Below are positions 1 through 9,880 of a stretch of 64,000 bases of DNA, in pieces (the stretch's first letter is position 1; each line of letters starts with the position of its first letter). The notes under the pieces are model-generated. The model was not told the origin of the DNA. It did no database searches and saw only the letters and a list, made by a program, of their open reading frames with translations. Made by a program: the position numbers and the translations under genes. Source of the DNA: a bacterium (GTDB taxonomy: Bacteria; Hinthialibacterota; Hinthialibacteria; Hinthialibacterales; Hinthialibacteraceae); contig CAXXMV010000006.1 of the NCBI GenBank assembly GCA_963662285.2, positions 1,504,001 through 1,568,000 of the forward strand, given 5' to 3'.

Positions 1-1599
1 CAATGGACTCATGGCGCTTAACATTCCTTCCATCCATTTATGGTTTTCTTTACGGAATTTCATAGCCTGTGGGCTGTTATCATTTTTTTGAGGTAAACAC
101 TGTACGTAAATGATTTTACTATCCCGGGCGTTAAAGAAACTGGGCGCTGGTATTAACTTAGATGAAGGAGCATATTCAGAAATTATGTTATTTTTTATAA
201 AATGTCTCGTCAGTAGGTCAGGATTCATATCAACTACGTAGCATAATTCCTGACCTAAAGGAAATGTCTTATGCATTTGTTCTGGAGTTAACCATTGACC
301 GTTTTTATCTCTTTCCATACGCCACTTATAGGCTGCTTGCAATGCCAATACTCTTCTTTTTATAACTGTCATTCTTTGAGTTAAGTAATAACTTGTATTA
401 TGAATATTTGAAGAGTTAGTTATAGATGGATGACTATATAATCGAGATACGGCGTAAGTTAACTTTGGCAGTTGTCTGGCTTGTTCAGCGGATAGCAGTG
501 GATCACTCTCATAAAAGGCATCCGGTAGTCGATCACAACGTTTGCGAAGAGCGGCGAGAGTTGTCCATTTTCCAAGCATAGAATTTACTACTGGAGTTTT
601 CTTCTCTTTGTTTGTCAGAAATCCGACTTTTATAAAATCACTGCATAAATCATTATAATCATAAGTTTTCGACTCTTTCTTTGCGAATTCAATATGGGGA
701 ATAACAAAATTATTGCTAATCAATATGGAAGCCGCTAATTGATCCGAAGATAACTTGCTTTCTTTGAAAATAGCACTAATTAATGTTTTCTTAGTAGAAT
801 AAAATGATTTCTCTTCAAATATTGAACTTATTAATAAGTTTTCAATATTTGAACTCTGGCAAAATCTTGGTAATTTCCATTCATTAAATTTGATATTATT
901 AAGACTTTTATAAATTAGTGATGTTCTTTCATAATCAGGATTAGTCCAAATCAAATGATCAAATCCATCAAACCCTAAATGATGAATATTAATGCGCAAA
1001 AACTGTAGATGTTCTTTTGCAAAGGCATATCTGACACTTTCTCCGAAATCAATGATAGTTTTAAGTTGTTTCAAAGCGCTTTCAAAATCGCCTTCCAACC
1101 AGTCTCGATAAGCCATTTGTCTAATAGCGTAAGAGATTCTTTTTAACCAATATAAATTATGAGATTCGCGTGAATCTATATCAGAGAAATGGCTCTCATT
1201 TGGAGCAGCAATAAATGGGTGGCATTGCAGAGCCTTTTCCATATTTTGCACATGAGTTTGCATTTGATTTAAATAATCATCAAACCATTCAGGTGAGCTT
1301 GCATTGGCGACAAATCCTTGGTTTTCGCAAGGATTGTTAAATTGATTGGACATAAATATTTCTTGATTTGCGCCTGATATTGTATCATCGCTTGAGGGGA
1401 GCAGTTTATAATATGCTTCCTGACTACCAGGACCGTATTTATCCCAAATAGCCTGATTGAATATTTTGGCGTATTCCGGTGCATTTGCAATTTGATTCTT
1501 GATATGTTGCGCTTCAAACAACTTATTACCCAGCACAAGAATCAAAGCTGTTAATATTGTACATTCCATTAAGCGTTTGGTTATTGATTTCACGGTCAT
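1..1599 (-). CDS. Hypothetical protein with N-terminal membrane anchor, >533 aa, runs off the window edge; last visible gene of the GntR-ABC operon
   Basis: Not in the ORF track because there is no stop inside the window. Manual translation from ATG 1599 (AAGGAG RBS upstream) gives MTVKSITKRLMECTILTALILVLGNK... and stays open to base 1. Confidence 0.8.
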   Translation of the reverse strand, partial: MTVKSITKRLMECTILTALILVLGNKLFEAQHIKNQIANAPEYAKIFNQAIWDKYGPGSQEAYYKLLPSSDDTISGANQEIFMSNQFNNPCENQGFVANASSPEWFDDYLNQMQTHVQNMEKALQCHPFIAAPNESHFSDIDSRESHNLYWLKRISYAIRQMAYRDWLEGDFESALKQLKTIIDFGESVRYAFAKEHLQFLRINIHHLGFDGFDHLIWTNPDYERTSLIYKSLNNIKFNEWKLPRFCQSSNIENLLISSIFEEKSFYSTKKTLISAIFKESKLSSDQLAASILISNNFVIPHIEFAKKESKTYDYNDLCSDFIKVGFLTNKEKKTPVVNSMLGKWTTLAALRKRCDRLPDAFYESDPLLSAEQARQLPKLTYAVSRLYSHPSITNSSNIHNTSYYLTQRMTVIKRRVLALQAAYKWRMERDKNGQWLTPEQMHKTFPLGQELCYVVDMNPDLLTRHFIKNNIISEYAPSSKLIPAPSFFNARDSKIIYVQCLPQKNDNSPQAMKFRKENHKWMEGMLSAMSPL

Positions 1600-1666
1600 T
1601 CTCCTTTTTGAACCGCTCATTAATAATCTTTATTAAATACTATTGATCCGATGATATTTATCTTGT

Positions 1667-3157
1667 CTAACCCATACCTAGCTCTATCCCGGTTAACAAA
1701 TAAATTAAATCGAGCCAGCCAGTGTTAAAAATAATCACAATCACGGATAGCATAAACAAGAATATTCGTCCAACATACAATTGGCGATACATAGTGCTTC
1801 CGGTCAGTACGCTGTGGTCTGTCGCAGTCCGCCATGTCGTCAAAATTATGCCTATAAATAGGGCTAGAATAATCCAGGGAATACCAGGAATAATGTCTAA
1901 CATATCAATATGTTTTCTTTTAGTTATTGACGTTGCAATATCTGTAATATGCGAGGTCCCGAATTGCAGGTAGCAATAAACTAAAGATACAGAGAGAAAA
2001 GCTGGAATACATTCCAGGAAGGCGTATAGCGTGTTACGTATGGCATGAGTAAACAAAGCCGCACAGGCAAAAAGCCCTAAACCGATCAGGGGCAAACAGA
2101 AAAATATTATTAATTTCTCTCTATCTCTGTTGCTATGAGCATTATTAAACTCAAAGGTATTTATTCCAAAGATTACAAACATTATGCACAAAGCGGGAAC
2201 AAGAGCCAGCACTAAGCCTGACAGCCACTTGGCCCAGAAAATTTCACTCAAAGAAATCGGTTGATAAAACAAAACATTCTGCTGACCATGCTTCTCGTTA
2301 TTCTTGTAAGTTGATATCCCGATATATATTGATAATAAAACTGAACCGACTAAAGATAAACTTACGATTAGATCTGAATTAGTTGCAAAACCGAATACAC
2401 TGACAATAATAAAAAAGACGCCCAGTATTAGAGATGTCCAGTTCTGTTTTATTTGCAGCCATAGCAGCTGTTCCGTCTTGAATCGAATAGTGCTATTCAA
2501 AGAATGGCGTAGTTTTAATATCCCCATACTGGCGCCAAAGGGAATGGTGAAAACCAGTAAGAATAATGGATAAAAATAATAAACGCCGATTTTGGTCTGA
2601 AAAGCATAATGATGCGCAACCATCATGCTGATGAAAACAATCACTATCCCGCAAAGCAGAACCGTAATGGTCTGTTTAACTTTACTAGATATTATCACCC
2701 CGACGCCATAAGCGAAGATGCTGTATGACAATATGTAGGCGAAGATTTTATTTTCAGATTCCCATAACGTAACTCCGAATAGCAATGTTACCAGAAACCA
2801 TAGCGCTTGAACCAGACATACCACTATTACTATTGATAATCCCGCAGCTATTTTTTCAGAGAAAATACGCGTCCATGAAACCGGCAGACGCGTCAATAAG
2901 ATAACATTGTTTCCACTACGTTCTTCGGCCATGAAATAAGCCGCTGCAATCAATGCAATCAGGGCGGTTATAGTGATTTGCACCTTAAAAAACCAATTAC
3001 TCAAACTCCATTCATCAAATAGACTAACAAAGCCGATTTGATTTTTTAAAATGGGAAACAGTGCCATAATGAAAGCCTGCACCATCAATGCCAATGCGGC
3101 ATGTCGGCTCAGCTGCTTAAAGTCTTTTTGGAAAATTGCAAAGGATTGTATATTCAT
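1667..3157 (-). CDS. ABC-2-type permease, internally duplicated (two halves)
   Basis: Polytopic hydrophobic protein. The motif E..+...L...P.S...IF..K occurs twice (EERSGNNVILLTRLPVSWTRIFSEK; NEKHGQQNVLFYQPISLSEIFWAK). Overlaps the ATPase stop. Confidence 0.8.
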   Translation of the reverse strand: MNIQSFAIFQKDFKQLSRHAALALMVQAFIMALFPILKNQIGFVSLFDEWSLSNWFFKVQITITALIALIAAAYFMAEERSGNNVILLTRLPVSWTRIFSEKIAAGLSIVIVVCLVQALWFLVTLLFGVTLWESENKIFAYILSYSIFAYGVGVIISSKVKQTITVLLCGIVIVFISMMVAHHYAFQTKIGVYYFYPLFLLVFTIPFGASMGILKLRHSLNSTIRFKTEQLLWLQIKQNWTSLILGVFFIIVSVFGFATNSDLIVSLSLVGSVLLSIYIGISTYKNNEKHGQQNVLFYQPISLSEIFWAKWLSGLVLALVPALCIMFVIFGINTFEFNNAHSNRDREKLIIFFCLPLIGLGLFACAALFTHAIRNTLYAFLECIPAFLSVSLVYCYLQFGTSHITDIATSITKRKHIDMLDIIPGIPWIILALFIGIILTTWRTATDHSVLTGSTMYRQLYVGRIFLFMLSVIVIIFNTGWLDLIYLLTGIELGMG

Positions 3158-4047
3158 GATCCCACCAAATCTACGAAGATATCTTCGAGCGTCATCTCTT
3201 CGATTATCACATTGTCGGCGCCAGACGACTGCTTGATGTCTTGCTGCGTCTTACGCTGGTCGAAATTGTAGCAAGTGATAATCGCTTCACGCCCATTTTT
3301 CTTGACGCTCAAGGCATCGCATACTCCCAACTTATCGGGAACCGACTCTCCGAATATTAAACGCACCCGTTTCATGCAATTCTGCAAGTCATCCATACGA
3401 TTTGATGATATTAATTGTCCTTCACGGATGAATGCAACATGATCCAACAGTCCGGCGAATTCATTCAACAAGTGCGACGATAACAGAATGGTCTTGCCCG
3501 ATTCCTGATAGCAGGCCAGGATTGTTTCGATGAAGTTCCTACGCGCCGCCGGGTCGAGTCCGCCGGTCGGTTCGTCAAGCACCAGCATTTCCGGTTCAAA
3601 TGAAAGCGCCAACAGCAGCGCCAGTTTGGCGCGCATTCCTTTGGATAGTTCTCCAACCTTCTGTTTTTGTTCCAGGCCGAAATCCATCAGCAGTTGATTG
3701 GACAATGTCCAGTTCCAAGTCGAATGATAAGCGGCGACCAATGAGATTAGTTCATCGACCTTCATCCATTCGTAATAACCATAATTCTCTGGTACGTAAC
3801 CCACCCGCTGCCGGATTGCAATGCCTTGTTTGGCCGGATCGAGACCTAATAAAGAAATCTTGCCGCTGGTTACAGGTAATATACCCATGATCATATTTAT
3901 AGTGGTTGATTTACCCGAACCGTTGGGGCCGAGTAAGCCGAATACAGACCCTGTAGGAACTTCCAGGTCGAGATTGTTAACCGCAAGTTTTTTCCCGAAT
4001 TTACGGCTCAATCCCTTAGTGGATATCGCAATGTCACTCATTTTCAT
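3154..4047 (-). CDS. ABC transporter ATP-binding protein (YtrB/multidrug type)
   Basis: Walker A GPNGSGKS, signature LSKGM, Walker B LVLDEP, H-loop SSH. Confidence 0.95.
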   Translation of the reverse strand: MKMSDIAISTKGLSRKFGKKLAVNNLDLEVPTGSVFGLLGPNGSGKSTTINMIMGILPVTSGKISLLGLDPAKQGIAIRQRVGYVPENYGYYEWMKVDELISLVAAYHSTWNWTLSNQLLMDFGLEQKQKVGELSKGMRAKLALLLALSFEPEMLVLDEPTGGLDPAARRNFIETILACYQESGKTILLSSHLLNEFAGLLDHVAFIREGQLISSNRMDDLQNCMKRVRLIFGESVPDKLGVCDALSVKKNGREAIITCYNFDQRKTQQDIKQSSGADNVIIEEMTLEDIFVDLVGS

Positions 4048-4429
4048 TCTCCTTACTGAGTCTCCCCGCGCTGTTGCGGATCATGTCAATGATTTCCTCT
4101 ATGCTTATCTGGTAGTGGTTTGCTTCCAGCGTCAGATCATCCGACATCCGTTCCAGGATTTTCAGACGCTCTTTCTTCTCCAGCCCCGGGCCGTCATCCG
4201 TCACAAAACATCCAGCACCCTGCCGCGCTCGCACAACCCCCATGTGTTCAAGTTCCAGATAGGCGCGGCTCACCGTATTACGGTTCACCCGCGCTTGCAC
4301 CGCCGCTTCTCTGATAGTGGGGAGCTGATCCCCTGGTTTTAGCGCTCCGGTGGCAATCGCACGCCTGACCGACTCGACGATTTGGAGATATGTTGCTTTT
4401 GGATTGGATAAATCGATTGTAATAATCAT
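4034..4429 (-). CDS. GntR-family regulator, YtrA subfamily
   Basis: wHTH pattern YLQIV...GALKPGDQLPTIRE...VNRNTVSRAYLELE...GAGCFV, short C-terminus, upstream of ABC genes. ATG 4429 preferred over TTG 4468 because the promoter overlaps the latter. Confidence 0.92.
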   Translation of the reverse strand: MIITIDLSNPKATYLQIVESVRRAIATGALKPGDQLPTIREAAVQARVNRNTVSRAYLELEHMGVVRARQGAGCFVTDDGPGLEKKERLKILERMSDDLTLEANHYQISIEEIIDMIRNSAGRLSKENENE

Positions 4430-4468
4430 TGTGCTAGGTATGCTATGACAATTATCAAAAAACGTCAA
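4430..4468 (-). promoter_or_regulatory. Sigma70 promoter with overlapping YtrA-type operator
   Basis: Minus strand TTGACG-17nt-TAGCAT. The palindrome TGTCATAGCATACCTAGCACA (4450-4430) fits TGTnnTA-N7-TAnnACA and abuts the ATG. Confidence 0.7.
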
Positions 4469-4594
4469 GCAGTTTTTTTGATTTCACTAGAATCGGATTA
4501 GTTAAATTTAATTAAATAAGGTGCTTGGGGATAGAAAATATTTTGTGACGGATATGGTTGCTATAACCTTTCCCTTCAGAGAATAGCACAGAGC

Positions 4595-4805
4595 GGGGAG
4601 CATCGGCTTCTAGCCGGTGTGTCAAAGAAACCTATAAAACAGTCAACCAATTACGAATATCGCGTAGAATCCTTCTTCACATGCACATACTACTGGTACC
4701 ATTGATAATTCCAAACCTTGGATATCATTCGATCACAACAATACTTCATATTTGTATGAAGAGAACCGAAGGGATTGGCGAACCGGCTAGAAGCCGATGC
4801 TCCCC
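4595..4805. repeat. REPIN-like pair: perfect 24-bp inverted repeat GGGGAGCATCGGCTTCTAGCCGGT (family D)
   Basis: 4595-4618 is the exact reverse complement of 4782-4805. Each arm is itself a small hairpin. Confidence 0.85.
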
Positions 4806-4858
4806 TTTTCGATTATATCAATCGCATCCTGATTCTGACAAAAATTATCCCCAAAAAA

Positions 4859-5197
4859 TTAGATCGGCAGCTGAATCATCCTGTCGGATTTGGTATTGAA
4901 AGTCAATTCGCCTGGTTGGGCGTTATAATAGAGCAGGCAACCCGGTAATTTTTCTTGAACCATTGGGATTAATTGATCACGGCTGGTTTCGATGATTTGA
5001 GCATCCATTTTAACGTCTAAACGCCAGGATAAGGCGGCGGGGAGGGTAGACCATAGAAAGAGAACCAACTCTCCATGAGTGGTTTCCCCTAAAACCAGAG
5101 ATAATTTTTGATTCGTCGATCCCTGATTGGTCGTGTTTTGATTATTCCGCCTTAGCAGAAATAATGTATTTGGCAGTTCATCAACAGTCACAGACAT
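4859..5197 (-). CDS. Hypothetical protein
   Basis: 112-aa ORF with ATG in otherwise empty space; no motif recognised. Confidence 0.5.
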   Translation of the reverse strand: MSVTVDELPNTLFLLRRNNQNTTNQGSTNQKLSLVLGETTHGELVLFLWSTLPAALSWRLDVKMDAQIIETSRDQLIPMVQEKLPGCLLYYNAQPGELTFNTKSDRMIQLPI

Positions 5198-5285
5198 TTA
5201 CCCTGGTTAAGATTTTGTATTATATTACATAAATGAATAATCAACTAATCCAGTGGTTGTTAATTTAAAACTTATGGGGTGAACA

Positions 5286-7682
5286 ATGATGATGAAACAA
5301 TCAGCGTCTTCCTTTATTAAGATTATAGGCTTACTTTTTGTATCTTTCCAATTTATATCATCTCCCTTGAGTCATTCTGACGCCATTAATAATCCCAAAT
5401 ACGGGCAATTAGATAAGTTCCGTCAGTTGGAAGAGGTATTGCCATCACCCAATCCATACCGCACCGCTTCTGGCGCCCCTGGAAGTGAATATTGGCAGCA
5501 AAAAGTGGATTATGTAATAGACGTCGAATTGGATGATGCAAACCAACGCATCACCGGTTCCGCCAAAATATCATATCTCAACAACTCACCTGATGTTCTG
5601 AATTATTTATGGATGCAGCTAGACGCCAACATCTACACTCCTGCAGCTGATTCAGTTATGAAGTCTGAGGCGCCAGATTTTAACAGCATAAGCCATTCAG
5701 GGTTGCGTTGGTTATTATCGCGGCAGGATTTCAACGGCGGCATCAACATCACTTCTATCAAAGAGAACAGCGGCAAACCACTGGCCCATCAGATCGTTAA
5801 AACCATGATACGCATTGACCTTCCGGCGCCGCTTAAACCGGGAGATAAATTCGTATTCTCCATTGATTGGAATTACAAAATCAACAATTCCAAATATGTT
5901 AAAGGTAGAACGGGTTGTGAATTCTTTGAAGATGACGGTAATTTTATATATGAAATAGCCCAATGGTTTCCCCGCTTATGCGCCTATACCGATGAATCCG
6001 GTTGGCAGAACAAGCAGTTTATGGGTGACGGAGAATTTACCCTGGAATTCGGCGACTACCTGGTGCGCATCACCGCGCCCGATGATCATATCGTGGCCGC
6101 GTCAGGCAAACTGCAAAATCCCCGCGATGTAATGACGGCGGAACAGCGCCAACGGTTCAAACAAGCCAGGACTGCTGAGAAACCGGTATTCATCGTTACT
6201 CCTGATGAAGCCAAAGCAAACCAATCTTCCAAGCCTGAGGGAAAGAAAACCTGGATTTTCAAAGCGGATAACGTCCGCGACTTCGCGTTTGCGTCTTCAC
6301 GCAAATTCATCTGGGACGCCCAAGGTTGCAATAACGGCGGCAATACAGTCATGGCTATGTCGTTTTACCCCATCGAAGGTGAACCTTTGTGGAGCAAATA
6401 CTCAACTCACTCCATCATCCAAACGCTTGACGTCTACTCAAAATATACCTTCGATTATCCCTATCCGGTCGCCATTTCAGTCAATGGACCCGTTGGAGGT
6501 ATGGAATACCCCATGATCTGCTTCAACGGCCCCAGGCCGGAAGAGGATGGCACATACTCCAAGGAAATCAAATACCGTCTTATCTCGGTCATTATTCACG
6601 AAGTCGGTCATAATTATTTCCCCATGATCGTCAATTCCGATGAACGCCAGTGGACCTGGATGGATGAAGGTCTCAACACCTTTATGCAATACTTGACTGA
6701 ACAGGAATGGGAAGGCGATTATCCTTCGGGTCGCGGCGAACCCAAAAAGATTATTGGATACATGACATCGCGTAATCAGGTTCCCATCATGACTAATTCG
6801 GAATCACTTTTGCAATTCGGCAACAACGCTTACGCCAAACCATCTACGGCTCTGAATATCCTGCGCGAAACCATCCTGGGCAGGGAACTGTTTGATTTCG
6901 CTTTTAAGGAATACGCCACACGCTGGATGTTCAAACGCCCGACTCCGGCGGATTTCTTCCGCACCATGGAAGACGCATCCGGCGTTGATCTCGATTGGTT
7001 CTGGCGTGGGTGGTTCTACTCAACCGAGCATTCTGATATCGAAATCAATAAACTGATTCATTACACTATGGACAGCGGCGATCCTGAAATCGATAAGGCC
7101 AAATCCAAAGCAGAACGTGATGAGGAACCGGAAACCCTATCCGAAATGCGAAACAAGGATTTGCCCAAACGGGTGGACAAATACCCCGAATTAAAAGATT
7201 TCTACAATGAATACGACGAATTGGACGTCACCGAGACTGACCGGGAAAAATATAAGGAACTACTGGAAAAACTGGATGACGAAGAGAAAGAGCAACTCAA
7301 ATTAGAATCCAATTTCTACGTAGTCGATCTGAAAAACAACGGCGGCCTGGTGATGCCGGTCATCATTCAGGTGGAATATGAAGATGGAACTACTGAAGAG
7401 ATTCGCATCCCAGCCGAAATATGGCTGCATAATGCAAAAAACGTTTCCAAACTTATCCTGACCGAAAAACTGATTAAACGTTTGATTCTCGATCCACACC
7501 TGGAAACCGCCGATGCTGATATAGAAAACAATTACTTCCCGCGCCGCATACAAAAGAAGAGATTCAAACTCAAAAAGCCCGACGAGAAAGACAATCCTAT
7601 GCAGCAAAAGCGCAAGGAAGAAGAGAAAAAGATCAAAGAGGATGAAGAAAAACTAAAAGAAGCGGAAAAACCCGAAGTTTGA
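5286..7682 (+). CDS. M1-family zinc aminopeptidase, secreted
   Basis: Signal peptide, GGMEYP motif, HEVGH followed 18 residues later by E (WMDEG). Confidence 0.95.
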   Translation: MMMKQSASSFIKIIGLLFVSFQFISSPLSHSDAINNPKYGQLDKFRQLEEVLPSPNPYRTASGAPGSEYWQQKVDYVIDVELDDANQRITGSAKISYLNNSPDVLNYLWMQLDANIYTPAADSVMKSEAPDFNSISHSGLRWLLSRQDFNGGINITSIKENSGKPLAHQIVKTMIRIDLPAPLKPGDKFVFSIDWNYKINNSKYVKGRTGCEFFEDDGNFIYEIAQWFPRLCAYTDESGWQNKQFMGDGEFTLEFGDYLVRITAPDDHIVAASGKLQNPRDVMTAEQRQRFKQARTAEKPVFIVTPDEAKANQSSKPEGKKTWIFKADNVRDFAFASSRKFIWDAQGCNNGGNTVMAMSFYPIEGEPLWSKYSTHSIIQTLDVYSKYTFDYPYPVAISVNGPVGGMEYPMICFNGPRPEEDGTYSKEIKYRLISVIIHEVGHNYFPMIVNSDERQWTWMDEGLNTFMQYLTEQEWEGDYPSGRGEPKKIIGYMTSRNQVPIMTNSESLLQFGNNAYAKPSTALNILRETILGRELFDFAFKEYATRWMFKRPTPADFFRTMEDASGVDLDWFWRGWFYSTEHSDIEINKLIHYTMDSGDPEIDKAKSKAERDEEPETLSEMRNKDLPKRVDKYPELKDFYNEYDELDVTETDREKYKELLEKLDDEEKEQLKLESNFYVVDLKNNGGLVMPVIIQVEYEDGTTEEIRIPAEIWLHNAKNVSKLILTEKLIKRLILDPHLETADADIENNYFPRRIQKKRFKLKKPDEKDNPMQQKRKEEEKKIKEDEEKLKEAEKPEV

Positions 7683-7715
7683 TAAGAGTATTCTGCTCCA
7701 TTTTATGATATAACT

Positions 7716-7817
7716 GGGTGCCAAGGGCAAGACCGCAATGCGGTCAGCCCTTGATGCGATAACCTACGTATCTAAAAAAGCGCGTAGGGTGGGCTAAAAG
7801 CGAAAGTGTAGCCCACC
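7716..7817 (+). repeat. Composite REP unit: family A (GGGTGCCAAGGG-hairpin-CCCTTGA, 7716-7754) plus family B (CGTAGGGTGGGCTA...TAGCCCACC, 7783-7817)
   Basis: Both elements recur many times in the window. The same A+B order recurs at 8633-8727. Confidence 0.85.
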
Positions 7818-7864
7818 AAGAATAACTTAAAAAAATTCGATCCTAAAAGATCGGTTAAAAATCT

Positions 7865-8542
7865 ATGTCAAACCAATTACCTGTTCCATTAGCATATAAT
7901 CCTGATTTATTGTCGATCATGCCTGAAGCGGTTGGAAGGGTGCTGGAATTTGGCTGCAACGATGGCGCTTTAGGTAAAGCCTACAAAGAAAAATTCCCTG
8001 ATACCCATTATATTTCAATAGAAATTAATCCCGATGCAGCAGCGAAAGCAAGCCAACATGTCGATAAAATAGTAAACGGGGATTGTGAAAAAGTCGAAGT
8101 TATCGAACAAGCGCTGGATGGCCAACCCGTCGATTGCATTGTTTATGGGGATGTCCTGGAACATCTCCACGATCCCTGGGCGGCGCTAAAACTTCATTCG
8201 TCATACCTGACAAAGAACGGCGTAGTGGCCGCCTGCATCCCCAATATCCAGCATTGGACAATCATCAATAACCTGTTCCACGGTTACTGGGAATATCAGG
8301 ATTCCGGTATTCTGGATAGAACTCATCTAAGATTTTTCACCCATCGATCAGTCCGGGCGTTGTTTGAAGGCGCTGGATTGTTCATCGATTTTATTCGTGG
8401 CCGCCGTCCGGGCAAGGATCAGTTTCCCCAATTTCTAGAAGCGATGAAGCCAGTTCTTCCACGGCTCAATGTTGATGAAAAAATATTCGCTGAAGCGGCC
8501 AGCATTGTCCAGTTCGTAGTTCGCGCAACCAGAAATGATTAG
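7865..8542 (+). CDS. Class I SAM-dependent methyltransferase
   Basis: VLEFGCNDG motif I, DVLEHL, and the GILDRTHLRFFT motif typical of glycan-associated MTases. Confidence 0.9.
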   Translation: MSNQLPVPLAYNPDLLSIMPEAVGRVLEFGCNDGALGKAYKEKFPDTHYISIEINPDAAAKASQHVDKIVNGDCEKVEVIEQALDGQPVDCIVYGDVLEHLHDPWAALKLHSSYLTKNGVVAACIPNIQHWTIINNLFHGYWEYQDSGILDRTHLRFFTHRSVRALFEGAGLFIDFIRGRRPGKDQFPQFLEAMKPVLPRLNVDEKIFAEAASIVQFVVRATRND

Positions 8543-8632
8543 AATAATATGAATCATAAGAACATAGGTAACTAAACAGAGGTAACAAAAAAAATAAAAC
8601 CTACCAGAACATTAGTAGGGCGCCAAAAACCG

Positions 8633-8727
8633 GGGTGCCAAGGGTAGTGTACTTTCTACCCTTGAAAACCACCTAAGATTAAACAAGCCAACGCGTAGGG
8701 TGGGCTAAAAGCGAAGCGTAGCCCTCC
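8633..8727 (+). repeat. Composite REP unit A (8633-8665) plus B (8694-8727)
   Basis: GGGTGCCAAGGGTAG-loop-CTACCCTTGA and CGTAGGGTGGGCTAAAAGCGAAGCGTAGCCCTCC. Confidence 0.85.
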
Positions 8728-8811
8728 AAAAAACACTATATATATTCTTCAATTGACTTTAAGATATCATTAATCATACTTCATCTGCAAACTATTAGGA
8801 GAGACTAATCC

Positions 8812-9714
8812 ATGAAACCTGTTCTGCATTCCGTAAGTTACGCCGGTCTCTGGGGGCAAGATGCGTTAAACCTGGAAGAGTTCATTTCTCACACTGCTGA
8901 TCTAGGATATTCCGGCGTGATGCTGATGGCCAAACGGCCTCACCTGTCGCCTTTGGATTATGATGAAAAGAAAATAGATCAATTGGTAAAATTGCTTCAA
9001 GCAAAGAATCTCACCGTATCATGCATGGCGGCCTATAGCGACCCCAATTGCGGCTACTCAGCCACCAGCGGGCCATTCGCTCCGGTTGGTGAAATGCAAT
9101 TGCTGAGCATCCGTCATTTCGCAGATATGGCGCAAAAACTTAACTCTCCCATTATACGCTTGCTGACCGGACTGGCCGCAACCGGAGAACCATACAAAGT
9201 CCAATGGGATCGTTGCGTAAATTTTATGCGTGAAGCCTGCGATATAGCTGCCGCTTACGGCGTTACAATCGGCATTCAGAATCATGATGATATCGCCGGA
9301 CACTATCTATCAATGGGCGACCTGATCGAAGAGGTTAACCGTCCCAATTGCAAAGCCTGCTTCGACGCCTGGTCGATTGCGTTGCATGGTGATGATCTTA
9401 CAGAAGCCGTCAATACCCTGGGCGACAAGATAATCCATACCACCGTAGCCGATTACGTCAAACGCCCCCGCTTCCGTTATCATAATCCAGGGGAAGGGAA
9501 TATATACGAACGCATCCTGGATGAAGTGCGCGCCGTGCCGCCTGGCGAAGGTTTTATTGATTACGCCGCATTCTTTGATGCGTTAAAGAATATCGGTTTT
9601 GAAGGAACAGTCGCTTTTGAAATGTGCTCCCCCATTCGCGGCGGAGGAAGCCGGGAGAACCTGGATCGTTACGCAACAAAATTTCTCGAATTCTTTGAAC
9701 CGTGGGTGGTTTAA
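8812..9714 (+). CDS. Sugar phosphate isomerase/epimerase (xylose isomerase-like TIM barrel)
   Basis: QNH, FD, HTTVAD, PPGEGFIDY and G.VAFE motifs of the AP_endonuc_2 family. Confidence 0.88.
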   Translation: MKPVLHSVSYAGLWGQDALNLEEFISHTADLGYSGVMLMAKRPHLSPLDYDEKKIDQLVKLLQAKNLTVSCMAAYSDPNCGYSATSGPFAPVGEMQLLSIRHFADMAQKLNSPIIRLLTGLAATGEPYKVQWDRCVNFMREACDIAAAYGVTIGIQNHDDIAGHYLSMGDLIEEVNRPNCKACFDAWSIALHGDDLTEAVNTLGDKIIHTTVADYVKRPRFRYHNPGEGNIYERILDEVRAVPPGEGFIDYAAFFDALKNIGFEGTVAFEMCSPIRGGGSRENLDRYATKFLEFFEPWVV

Positions 9715-9826
9715 TCAAGGGCTGACCGCAATGCGGTCTTGCCCTTGCCACCCGTCAAATTAATATAATGAGTTATATCCCAAAACCCCTCTCCCCCAAG
9801 TTTGGGGGAGAATTCAAGAGGGGGTT
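9715..9826 (-). repeat. REP family A (9715-9753, reverse) and family C (CTCCCCCAAGTTTGGGGGAG, about 9785-9826)
   Basis: Near reverse complement of the 7716 element. The C hairpin is also at 36660 and 51382. Confidence 0.8.
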
Positions 9827-9880
9827 GTTTTCAAAAACTATTGATTTTTTATTTAATGTAATCATAACAGGTGTTTTTTT

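Noticed and set aside
1269-1538. 89-aa ORF in the track
   Set aside because: Out-of-frame shadow inside the longer RBS-led ORF 1599 to <1 on the same strand.
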